Origin: Octopus bimaculoides
Lineage: Eukaryota
Direction: 5' to 3'
Assembly (NCBI RefSeq): GCF_001194135.2
Contig: NC_068983.1
Span: forward strand, 123,504,649 to 123,543,689
DNA length: 39,041 nt
This document shows, one piece after another, positions 23,089 to 33,621 of the stretch; the first letter of the stretch is position 1, and each line of letters begins with the position of its first letter. A model generated the notes under the pieces. The model worked only from the letters and a program-made list of their open reading frames with translations. It searched no databases and had not been told where the DNA came from. The position numbers and the translations under genes are program-made.

Positions 23089-24603
23089 TGTAGTAACGCC
23101 TGCGCATGCGTAGTCATACGCATGCGTAAAATTAAACAAGCAAGCGTTTCCCGCTCAATTCATTCTCTTTCACGCTGGCCAGCGATTGAGCAAGGACGTG
23201 TGTTTAAAGCTGTCTCTACATCTTTCGGTCTTATACTCGACAGCTCGTTATTCTCACCTCTAAAGATGTATAACTAAAAGATATGTATGTTTTACCAAGT
23301 AAATAAATGTTGTTTAAGTTGTTTAGTCTAGAGTTCAGCGTTCCGTCCATTTCTTCAATTTTATAGTNNNNNNNNNNNNNNNNNNNNNNNNNNNNNNNNN
23401 NNNNNNNNNNNNNNNNNNNNNNNNNNNNNNNNNNNNNNNNNNNNNNNNNNNNNNNNNNNNNNNNNNNNNNNNNNNNNNNNNNNNNNNNNNNNNNNNNNNN
23501 NNNNNNNNNNNNNNNNNNNNNNNNNNNNNNNNNNNNNNNNNNNNNNNNNNNNNNNNNNNNNNNNNNNNNNNNNNNNNNNNNNNNNNNNNNNNNNNNNNNN
23601 ACACAATAACTCTTGTTATTCATTTCGCACGGTTGTTCTTTCATCTTGGGTTAAGAAAATTTTTCTTCGAGGTTTTCGCTAATGGTCGTACAGAAATTGT
23701 GTCTGTCGATCGTTCTGTAAAAGCGTACCTCTTCAAACACTCATCACCAAACAGCCTTTTCGCCACCAGCGTCGTGCACCAACCAAGATTACCACCGTGA
23801 CGACAACAATTACTACTATCAATTACAAGCTTTCCCCCCGACGTCGCCAAGTTTCAACTGAATCATTACCACCACACAGACAGAACACAGCTAGAGCAGT
23901 TCCTGCGCCGACGTTTTCATCAATGTATTCTATCTCGGTGTTTTGGGATTTTTTCGCAGTCTATACTACAGACGCTTTCACTTGTTCTGTGTTTTTTCTC
24001 ACACACACACTTGTGCACTCATACATTTTCTTTCCTTTCAGGGAAAACAAACTCTCAGACTTTTACATCGCGTGATTCCAGTATTCCTGGACAGTTGTCA
24101 TCACGGTTGTTTTGTCATTGTCATTTCATNNNNNNNNNNNNNNNNNNNNNNNNNNNNNNNNNNNNNNNNNNNNNNNNNNNNNNNNNNNNNNNNNNNNNNN
24201 NNNNNNNNNNNNNNNNNNNNNNNNNNNNNNNNNNNNNNNNNNNNNNNNNNNNNNNNNNNNNNNNNNNNNNNNNNNTAACAGATTTTATTTATCGTGCGTT
24301 TCCGCTCTGGCGAGGGAGCTCTGTAGTAACGCCTGTGCATGCGTAGTCATACGCATGCGTAAAATTAAACAAGCAAGCGTTTCCCGCTCAATTCATTCTC
24401 TTTCACGCTGGCCAGCGATTGAGCAAGGACGTGTGTTTAAAACTGTCTCTACATCTTTCGGTCTTATACTCGACAGCTCATTATTCTCACCTCTAAAGAT
24501 GTATAACTAAAAGATATGTATGTTTTACCAAGTAAATAAATGTTGTTTAAGTTGTTTAGTTTAGAGTTCAGCTTTCCGTCAATTTCTTTAATTTTTTAGT
24601 AGA
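23089..24603 (+). mobile_element. Internally deleted Gypsy-type LTR element (about 282-bp LTRs at 23089-~23370 and 24322-24603)
   Basis: Both LTRs start TGTAGTAAC; purine tract GGCGAGGGAG at 24309-24318; candidate TSD AAGT (23085-23088, 24604-24607). Internal EVFANGRTEIVSVDRSVKAYL (23669-23731) resembles the Gypsy integrase C-terminus. Two gaps inside. Confidence 0.75.
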
Positions 24604-24725
24604 AAGTCAGGTATACAATCTAAAGATGTATAACCCACTTTCTACTAAAAAGTAAATCATTGTATTATGTACTCACATAATAACAGACACACACAGATAT
24701 TTTTCCATACGTTTCTCTATTTCAG

Positions 24726-24975
24726 GCACCATTGGACAAAACACGTTTAGTTTTCCCACCCATCCCAGCATCAGTATTTGCTTTCTGTATATATAACATG
24801 TTGCTACTGATCTACCCCGTGGCTGTGGCGCAATCCTTGTTTTCTGGCACTGTGATGGGCTATTTGATCTATGATTTGATCCACTACTACCTACACCATG
24901 GTTCTCCAGTCATGGCTTACTTCAAAGAACTCAAGCATTATCATATGTTGCATCATTATGTACACCAACACAATG
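24726..24975 (+). CDS. FA2H: FA2H coding exon APLDKTRLVFPP...YDLIHYYLHHG...HYHMLHHYVHQHN/G
   Basis: Acceptor tctctatttCAG ends at 24725, donor GTAAGT at 24976; phase 0 in, phase 1 out. Contains RLVFPP and the third and fourth His boxes. Confidence 0.96.
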
Positions 24976-25135
24976 GTAAGTCATAAGTTAAATCTCTCCT
25001 ATGACTGGTCATTATCATTATCACATATTATAGTATTATTGTCATATATTAAGTATTAACATTATCATAAATTCAAATTACGATAAACGTAAACAAACAA
25101 ACGAAGTTTGCTTTTAGAAGCGTTGAAATGTCTTA

Positions 25136-25352
25136 GAAAGTTAAAGAAGTGATTTTAAATTCTCAAACGCAGGATAATGCTAATAATATAGCCTGAACAG
25201 GATAAACTACCCCTATTTTGCGTAGTTTATCCTGTTCAGGCTGGCTGGCCGCCCACACTTTTTTCTGCAAAATAGGGGTAGTTTATCTTGTTCAAGCTAT
25301 ATTATTAGCATTATCCTGTGTTTGAGAATTTAAAATCACTTCTTTAACTTTC
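25136..25352. repeat. Long inverted repeat, 86-bp arms (25136-25221 / 25267-25352)
   Basis: Arms differ at 3 positions; an extra internal inverted copy lies at 25222-25242. Confidence 0.95.
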
Positions 25353-26145
25353 ATTAACATTATCATTATATATTACATATGTTACATTTCATTATCATTT
25401 CATTACCGTGTGTTATATATTAACATTGTTGTATGTTACATATTAACATTATCAAAAGTTGCCTACAATTATCATATGTTACATATCATTATTATATAAT
25501 TATGTACACTAATACAATGATGACAAGTGAAGTCTTTCCTATCATTTCAAATTCTAATTCATTTTAATCTATATTTTAAGTGTTTAAACTTACATTTTTC
25601 TCAAAATTGGTGACTGTTGCTGTATGTATTTAACCTCAGGTCACCCCTAACTGATCAGAACTATGATGAAAGATAGGGCATTTATTGTTGTATATCTAAT
25701 ATTTTTTATATTTCATAAGCAAATTTTGTCTTCTTGTCTTTATGATGGAATAAGAGTGAACTGGAGATTTGGCTGCTATTTCTAGGTTCATGAATTGTAT
25801 AGTTCTTCTTGGCTCTTCTTCCTTCATTCACCTACATTTTTCTTGCAAACATCAACTTATTGGTGTTGAACATCAAGGACATCAGTCATAACAGTCTTGG
25901 TGGACTGGCAAAAATCATGAATTCTGGTCCTTTTCGCCTTTTCCCCTTTTCTCTTGTATAAACATTATAAATTTTGTACTCATAAAATTACATCTTATAA
26001 CCTTTTTTCCCTCTTTTCCCTTGAGCAATATCAGAAAGCATTTTATCTTAGAATTCTTAGAAATCATTAATTTTTCTAATTTTTGATTCACTTCAATTCA
26101 TTGATTCAATTCTCTGAGTATCCTTTTATCTTTCTCTATTTTCAG

Positions 26146-26216
26146 GTTTTGGTATTTCCAGTAAATTTTGGGATTATCCATTTGGTACTCTGATCTCTAC
26201 AAAGGATAACCAATAA
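26146..26216 (+). CDS. FA2H: FA2H terminal coding exon (G)FGISSKFWDYPFGTLISTKDNQ*
   Basis: Polypyrimidine tract plus TTCAG ends at 26145; phase 1 matches the previous exon. GFGISSKFWD..FGT is the FA2H C-terminal motif; TAA at 26214-26216. Confidence 0.95.
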
Positions 26217-26280
26217 CCCATCTAGTAGTAATAAAATATCAAACTATTTAATTAGTAATATAAAATTGATAGCGTTACAG

Positions 26281-26286
26281 AATAAA
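26281..26286 (+). promoter_or_regulatory. Candidate proximal polyadenylation signal AATAAA for FA2H
   Basis: First AATAAA after the stop codon. Other AATAAA copies occur further 3' in AT-rich sequence, so the site actually used is unknown. Confidence 0.35.
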
Positions 26287-27201
26287 TTACAAACAAATAT
26301 AAATATATTGGCAAGCAGTAAGATCTACTGAAAGTAGTGAAGGTCTCTGCATTGTTAAAAGTTATTGAGTATAAATAGTTTAAAAGTGGAATGTATTGGT
26401 TTGCCGAGGAGAACGAAAATCATAACATTGTCAGTAGAAGTCCTCACTGGACAAATCTTGGATGAAAAATCCTGCCCAAAACATTAAACTTCTTTTCTTA
26501 ATAGGAAACCAATTTATTCAGTTTACAAATATTTTAGTAGTGGGCAGTATTTGCAGAATGAATAGTGAAAAAAAATAAAGAAAAGATTTACAGTAAATCA
26601 ATAATTTTAATATATATTTGTTTAAAGAAGAAATAGAAATGTAACCAATTAGAGTTTGTTATATTGATAATTTATTGGACATTATACAAATGATTTTGTT
26701 CAAAATTATACTAACAATATAGTAGAAATCTTTATACTAACAATATTAGATATGTTGATGTATTCTGACAAAAATGACAGAATGATGAATCATGACTTCA
26801 ATGTCATATTGGTCAGAATGGGAATGTATTCAGTAGTAGCAGAAAGAATAGACAAGAAATATGAGCTACAAAAAATTATTATTTTTTTAATGTGAACAAT
26901 ATTAGACATTAAATAAACAAATTTGATACAGAGAAACAGGTTTATTGACAGGATTTTAAATATGTATCTATAGCTTATCAGGAAACCATGTTGCCATTTA
27001 TACCACACTGATCTTATTCCTTCCATCTCAATAAACCACTTAAATCTATTTTTTCTTCTAAATTTATTACATTAATTAATTTATCATGTTTTTTAACTGT
27101 GATGATTTATCTCTATATGATAATAGGTCAGTTAATCTACATATCAGACCAGATTAATCCTGCCTGCCTACCTGCCTGTATGTGTACCTGTATGCATGTA
27201 C

Positions 27202-28412
27202 ATATATGCTGATGACCTTGTTGAATCACTGAATCACTACCCGAGCTAGAGAAGAAATTTCAGACGTGGAAGTAAGGTCTAGAATCAAAGGGCCTTACAG
27301 TTAATTTAGCAAAGATTGAAGTCTTAACAAATAGGGAAACAGACAAATCACTGATCCCTTCAGGGAGACGGCCCTGCTCAATATGTAAAAAAGGTGTTGG
27401 TAGAAACTCCAAATAGTGTACCCAGTGCAAGCTATGGACACATAACATGTGCAGCAAGGTTAACAGAGAAAGTAGTCATTGTGTGTGGCAGATGTGCAGG
27501 TACATTAAACATTAGGAATGTACAGAAAATAGACTTCCTCAAATATCTGAAGGGATTCTTAGAAGTAGTAGACAGTTTCTGTTACTTAGATGACCAAGCT
27601 AGCAGTGTAGGAGGTTCTGAAAACAGCTACTAGAATGCAAATGGGCTGGGCAAAGTTCAAAGAATTACTACCTCTGTTAATAACAAAGAGCCTGTCCCTC
27701 AGAATGAAAGGCAGATTGCATGATGCCTGTATATAAATAGCTATGCTACATGGTAGTGAGACATGGGCTGTGACTACTGAGGACATGCAAAGGCTTGAAA
27801 GACATGAAGCCAACATGCTCTGCTGGATGAGTAATGTTAGTGTGCATGTACAACATATTCTAAGTGATTTGAGAGAAAAATTGAATACACAAAGCATCAT
27901 ATCTGGTGTGCAAGAGAGAAGACTGCACTGGTATGGTCATGTGATGTATATGGAGGAGGACAGCTGCATGAAGAAGTGCTTATCTCTTGCTGAGGAGGAA
28001 ATCTGTGGAAGGGGTAGACCCAGGAAGACATGGGGTGAAGTGGTGAGAAAGGATCTTCAGATGTTGGACCACACAGAGGAAATGACAAAACTTCTGATGG
28101 TTTGCTGTGCTTAAGAAGACACATCAAGTTAAGTAAAATGCATACAGACATGTCCTCTATATCCCCCTCTCAGCTGAGAGATCCTAAGAACCCATGCCAG
28201 TGTCACATAAAAATACCTATGCTGGTGCCATGTAAGAGCACCCAGTACACACTGTAAAATGGTTAGTGTTAGGAAGTGCATCTAGTCATAGAAACCATGC
28301 CAAAACAGACAAATGGAGCACAGGAAGCTCTCAAGCTGGCCAGCTCATTTAAAAACCGTCCAACTCATGCCAGCATGAAGAACAGATATTAAATGAGGAT
28401 GATGATGATGAT
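27202..28412 (+). mobile_element. 5'-truncated RTE-clade LINE with 3' UTR and (GAT)n tail
   Basis: YADDL at 27205, GLTVNLAKIEVL, FCYL, MLHGSETW, RRLHWYGHV, GRGRPRKTW; decayed by stops and frameshifts; tail homologous to the (GAT)n SINE. Confidence 0.9.
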
Positions 28413-28539
28413 ATATATATGAGTGTGTATATATATATATATATATTAGGGATAAAATCCAAAATTACAGGTAAAAACTCAATTAAAATCAATTTATTAA
28501 AAATTAAAATTAAATTAAGTTTCACAGTATAAAATATAT

Positions 28540-28630
28540 ATAAATATATAGTTTTAGGGAAAAGAACCGAGGTTCATGAACTCATCGATGAAAATCCACT
28601 TGGTTCTTTTCCCTAAAACTATATATTTAT
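28540..28630. repeat. Inverted repeat, perfect 29-bp arms (28540-28568 / 28602-28630)
   Basis: ATAAATATATAGTTTTAGGGAAAAGAACC versus GGTTCTTTTCCCTAAAACTATATATTTAT. Confidence 0.9.
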
Positions 28631-28869
28631 ATATATATATATATATATTTTTTTTCTAACATAGTAAAGTGTCCCACCTCAGTCCAGCATGTGGTACTTA
28701 TTTTATTAATCTCTATTCGTTGAACAGCCAGATGATTGGACACAAAGCAAAAGAACATGAACATAGACTAACATGCATACACACACATACATTTCTGTAT
28801 ATGCATACATACATATATGTGTGTGTGTGCATATGAATATGTGTATGTGTAGTGCATGTGTGCATATAT

Positions 28870-28907
<38 letters not shown>

Positions 28908-29509
28908 CAACATGCACAAGAAAAGAGAAAATCACATCTTTAATTGATGATTACACCATACATTACTAACAAGCCAGCATATTTAGATATGATAGAAAAT
29001 GGAACAAAATACCAGTTGAATAGGAAAGTTTTACTTTATGGCAATTAAATAATTTTCCATACTTACTTGAAGGTGGGAAATATTTATCCTGTACAGCAAA
29101 GAATTTCTGAGGAATATTGATAGTTATATAAGTTGTAAATTGTTAATTATACCAGATAATATTCCTTGATTTAGCCATTCTGTTATTTACATAGAAGTTT
29201 TCAACCACTAGAAATTAAAAGAAAATTAGAGAGTATCTCAACTCAAAATTAGTTAACACAAGTAGAACCAATAAGGACAATTGTGAAATAAACTCTAATG
29301 ATACTTTTTCTGAACTAGTTTTTGATACTTTTAATGAAAGTAATTCCAACAGTGAAATTGATAGTACCTTTAAGATAACAACTGGTAATGATATTGATTA
29401 TAATTGATTATCCCAATTTAACACCTAATTATGAGAGTAGAATTAGTATTTATTCCTCTAACCATGATTGCTTCATACGAGTGCATAAACACCTTTATGA
29501 TTCAAAAAC

Positions 29510-29880
29510 AAAATTATGTGCCCTTTAGGAAATCAGTGTTTTAGGAAGAATATAGTATTTCAATGTAAGATAATTACAGAGAATCATATGTACTATTACA
29601 TAGGTTCTTCTGCTGCAATTTAGAAATCTAGTTTATATAACCATTCTTCATTTAAGCTTTGAAGAAAATGTAATTCTATGAATCTTAGTAAATGCATTTG
29701 GGATTTGAAAGACAAAAACATTAAATACAATATAAAGTGGTCGATTATTAATTAGTTATACTCCATCATCCAATACTGGTGATCTTAAATGTGATCTTTG
29801 CCTAGAGGAAATATGTAATTACTTCAAAATTGAAATATTATGTTGAAATGTTCCTATAAATATGGAAAAGCATTTAAAAT
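29510..29880 (+). mobile_element. Decayed Penelope GIY-YIG endonuclease fragment
   Basis: From 29519: CPLGNQCFRKNIVFQCKI......YYIGSS...*KSSLYNHSSFK....NSMNLSKCIWDLKDKNIKYNIKWSII, then KCDLCLEE after a frameshift. Confidence 0.8.
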
Positions 29881-30104
29881 TTTCAATAGTAAATAATGCC
29901 TTAATTACAATTGTTTTTCCTATAATCTAATAAGCATATTTTTCTAAACTTTTTAGTATAAATAAATAGCTCAAATGTCATGATGTAGAATTTCTATGTT
30001 GTTTATTTTTTGTTCTTTTGTTATTTTCTTTGTATGAGTTCATGTATTGGAGATATTATCTCAGTTCACTTTGAATTTAACCTGTTTTGGGTTACTGTGA
30101 TAAC

Positions 30105-30462
30105 ATTGTGGCTATCTTGTAAGAAGCTTACTTCCCAACCATATAGTTCCAGGTTTAATCATTGGGAAAGTGTCTTCTACTATAGTCTCAGGTTGACCAG
30201 TGCCTTGTGAGTGGATTTGGTAGATGGAAATTGAAAGAAACCTGCCATGTGTGTGTTTTCTGTCTATGTTTTTCTCCTACCACTGCTTGATAATTGATGT
30301 TGGTGTGTTGACATCCCCATAACCTAGCAGTTCAGCAACAGAGAACAATAGAATAAGTACCAGACTTAACAAAAACGAAAAGTACTGGGGTCAATTCATT
30401 CAATTAAAAATTCAAGGTGGTGCCCCAGTATGGTCGCAGTCTAATGGCTGAAATAAATAAAA
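30105..30462 (+). mobile_element. SINE family A, diverged copy
   Basis: Homologous to 17691-18102. Confidence 0.75.
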
Positions 30463-30719
30463 CAGGAAATATTTTGACTGATATATTGATATATATGAAA
30501 TATATTGACTGATATTTTGCTTCTTTTTTTCTATATCTATATATACTGGCACAATAGAAACACTCATCAATAATGTATAGTATAATTATCAGTCAAAGAT
30601 CTGATTTTCTCCATTCTTGCTTACGTCATATACTCTGCATTTCTTGAAATTCTTTGTAGTGATATTTGGATTTACTTATCATACATGAGAAATTACCTTG
30701 AATATATATATTCTTTTAT

Positions 30720-30930
30720 TCTTTTACTTGTTTCAGTCATTTGACTGCGGCCATGCTAGAGTACTGCCTTAAGTGGGGATTTTAGTCAAAGAAATCGATC
30801 ACAGGACTTATTCTTTGTAAGCCTAGTACTTATCAGTCTCTTTGGTCGAACCACTAAGTTACGGGGACATAAACACACCAGCATCAGTTGTCAAGTGATA
30901 GTGAGGGGACAAACACAGACACACACATAT
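30720..30930 (-). mobile_element. SINE family A 3' half
   Basis: Homologous to 20320-20540. Confidence 0.8.
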
Positions 30931-30935
30931 AAAGA

Positions 30936-31204
30936 CATCCAACTCTTTCTGAATCCTCTGCACTGTCCTCAGATTGACACCTAAACACTCTGAAATGTTC
31001 GTACTGGGGCTTCCAGCATGAATGCCAAGCAGTACAGCATGTCATTTCCAATTTTCTGGCAGAATGAATTGCATCATGATGCAGTTTTTCTCACAGACAG
31101 TGCCCAACTGACCCTACTATATTGTGTAGTCAACAAAATAAAAAAACAACGTGCATGCACAAAATTAAATATAAATGGCGACAATTTGCCCATTGTATCC
31201 TGTA
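30936..31204 (-). mobile_element. Tc1/mariner-superfamily left end (TIR plus N-terminal HTH region), copy A
   Basis: TA-CAGGATACAATGGGCAAATTGTCGCC terminus; MQFILPENWK*HAVLLGIHAGSP..NISECLGVNLRTVQRIQKELD; homologous to 36473-36748. Confidence 0.7.
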
Positions 31205-31323
31205 TATATATATATATATATTTATAAATCTCAGGATAGCGAAAAAATTTAGAAATTCTTTTTGCTACCAGTGGTCTAGTGAGATGAAAAAACTAGTCAA
31301 TAGACTATATATTATTCATATAA

Positions 31324-31507
31324 ATACATACAGTATACATTTAAACACATAAGAGAGATGTCCATAATAGGACATCTAATCCACCAGAAGGAGCAGTCAA
31401 ACTCCAAACCACAATTAGGATAATTTCGAAAGGGAATGAAAATTAAAAACATTATATGTCCTATTATGGACATCTCTCTTATGTGTTTAAATGTACACTG
31501 TATGTAT
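31324..31507. repeat. Inverted repeat, 52-bp arms (31324-31375 / 31456-31507), 1 mismatch
   Basis: Direct comparison of the arms. Confidence 0.9.
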
Positions 31508-31509
31508 AT

Positions 31510-31547
<38 letters not shown>

Positions 31548-31551
<4 letters not shown>

Positions 31552-31746
31552 GAGAATTTACGAAAAAAACAACAACAAACGAGGACAGGTGTAAACAACA
31601 AAAGGATGTATTAGTTTAAGGCTCGGGAACAGAGACAATCTTTAACGTTTCGAGCTACGCTCTTCAACTGAAAGGAACACAGAAAGAAATAAGGAGAAAA
31701 ACAAGGAGAAAAAAATATAAATGTAGTGGTCAGTGATCTATCATGG

Positions 31747-31748
<2 letters not shown>
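31548..31748 (-). mobile_element. (TA)n-flanked ~200-bp Penelope-type terminal repeat with minimal hammerhead-like motif at 31640-31674
   Basis: Minus strand CTTT-CAGTTGA-A-GAGC-GTA-GCTC-GAAAC-GTT-AAAG. Confidence 0.6.
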
Positions 31749-31783
<35 letters not shown>

Positions 31784-33022
31784 TAGATAGAGAGAGAGAG
31801 AGAGAGATAATCATTGTTGTAGCATCAAGTTTCTCCATGCATTTACAGATTAGATGGAACTTGTTGAATTAGATTTTCTATGGCCAGATGTTTTTTCCAT
31901 CACCAAACACGACAATCTTACTCCTTGTTTATATTAAAGTTTGGAAATGAACAGCATTGTTTGGTTGATGGAGACACTTATTTACATATATCAAACAATG
32001 TCATGACAAGGGGTTGCAAACTGACACACATACATATATATGTATATCATCATTTAACATCCTTTTTTTCTATGACAAGAACAAACAAACCAGAGGGCTT
32101 CGCCAGTTTCTATGTCTGCTTTAGATAGGTTTCTAACAGCTGGGTGTCCTTCCTAACACCAATCTCTTAACAAAGTATACTTGGTACTTTTTATGTGTCA
32201 CCAACACCAGTGATGTCACCTAGTACCTCAAGATAAGATCCCTCAACTGAGCAGAGTACAGACTGGAGAAAAAAACTATGACAGAGGGAGAGGAGTCTTG
32301 CTGAAGAGGTGAATACATGGCTTGGCCACCTGAAAAGAGAGAGAGAAAAGAAAGAGATGTGAAGTTTTCACCAAATCCACTAATAACAGTTTGATTGAGC
32401 CAGGGCTTTGGTAGAAGAATAGTACCCAAGGTGCTGTACAGTAGGACTGAACTCAAAGTCATGTGGCTGAGAAGCACTTTTAACCACTCAGCCATGACTT
32501 CCACTGTCATTTTACACCAGTATGGCTCTCACAAGATGTTTCAATAAGACAATCTATCACCCTTAAGTACCAGTGGTTGTCTTGACTCCAACAATTTCAA
32601 TGTTAAAACTGTTATGTGATTATATCCATATTATTTCTTCGATATAACATTCTTTGACATAATGGTCTGCAAATATCAGCACTACAACTTCAAGTTTCTT
32701 CATTGTATTTTTTCCATATGACTTTTTTAAAAATTTCTATGAATATTACAGTTATTGTTGAACATTTAATTTCTATGAATATTACAACCATGGATGAACT
32801 TAACCTTTCAGAATTTGATCAAATATTGTACTAGTTATGTGTTGGGTTTATGGTAATGGACTGTAAATTCTTTCCAAATTTGAAACTTGTATTTATACGA
32901 AGAGAAATCTATATTACAGATACAAGGAGAAAGATGTGATTGACAGAATTGGCAGAGCAGAAGGCAAAATACTTTGTAATATGAAGTTATGTGCCTTTAC
33001 TTTCAAACTTCAAAATCCTATC

Positions 33023-33325
33023 AATCATCATCATCATCATCATCGTTTAATGTCCGCTTTCCATGCTAGCATGGGTTGGACGATTTGACTGAGGACTGGT
33101 GAAACCAGATGGCTACACCAGGCTCCAATCTGATTTGGCAGAGTTTCTACAGCTGGATGCCCTTCCTAACGCCAACCACTCAGAGAGTGTAGTGGGTGCT
33201 TTTACGTGCCACCGGCACGAAGGCCAGTCAGGCGGTACTGGCAATGGCCACGCTCAAATGGTGTATTTTATGTGCCACCTGCACAAGAGCCAGTCCAGTG
33301 GCACTGGCAATGATCTCGCTCGAAA
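33023..33325 (-). mobile_element. (GAT)n-tailed SINE
   Basis: Reverse complement of 1-208, plus the 5' extension shared with 11086-11400. Confidence 0.85.
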
Positions 33326-33621
33326 ATCCTACGACGGCCCCACACAAGAGCCATTCAATGTCAACTTTAATTGTCGTCTTTATGGAATCAGTGAAATAAA
33401 AAAACAGTCAAGTGCTAGAGTTCATACTATCAACTATTCCATACCTCCACCACCATCATCACTGCCAAATGTGTGACCATATTCATATTTTAGACTTCAT
33501 TATAACACTCTCTGACTTTCTGGTAGAGTAGCATTCTGACTCTTATAATGAGATATTCTTTAGATCTGAAGTATCATAAACATGCATGCATGCACAGACA
33601 GACAGACAGAGGTGTAAATAT

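Noticed and set aside
26196-26213. C-terminal dilysine ER-retrieval signal on FA2H
   Set aside because: The terminus STKDNQ has a single Lys at -4 and does not fit KKXX or KXKXX.
26740-26900. NIRYVD-like RT motif
   Set aside because: Very decayed; surrounding motifs could not be confirmed by eye.
28569-28601. CATCGATGA in the spacer of an inverted repeat as a hammerhead core
   Set aside because: No GAAA/NUH in a workable position on either strand.
31378-31430. ATCC-ACCAGAAG-GAG..CTC-CAAAC..TA-GGAT as a degenerate hammerhead
   Set aside because: Needs three or more core substitutions and has no clear stem III; too degenerate to count.
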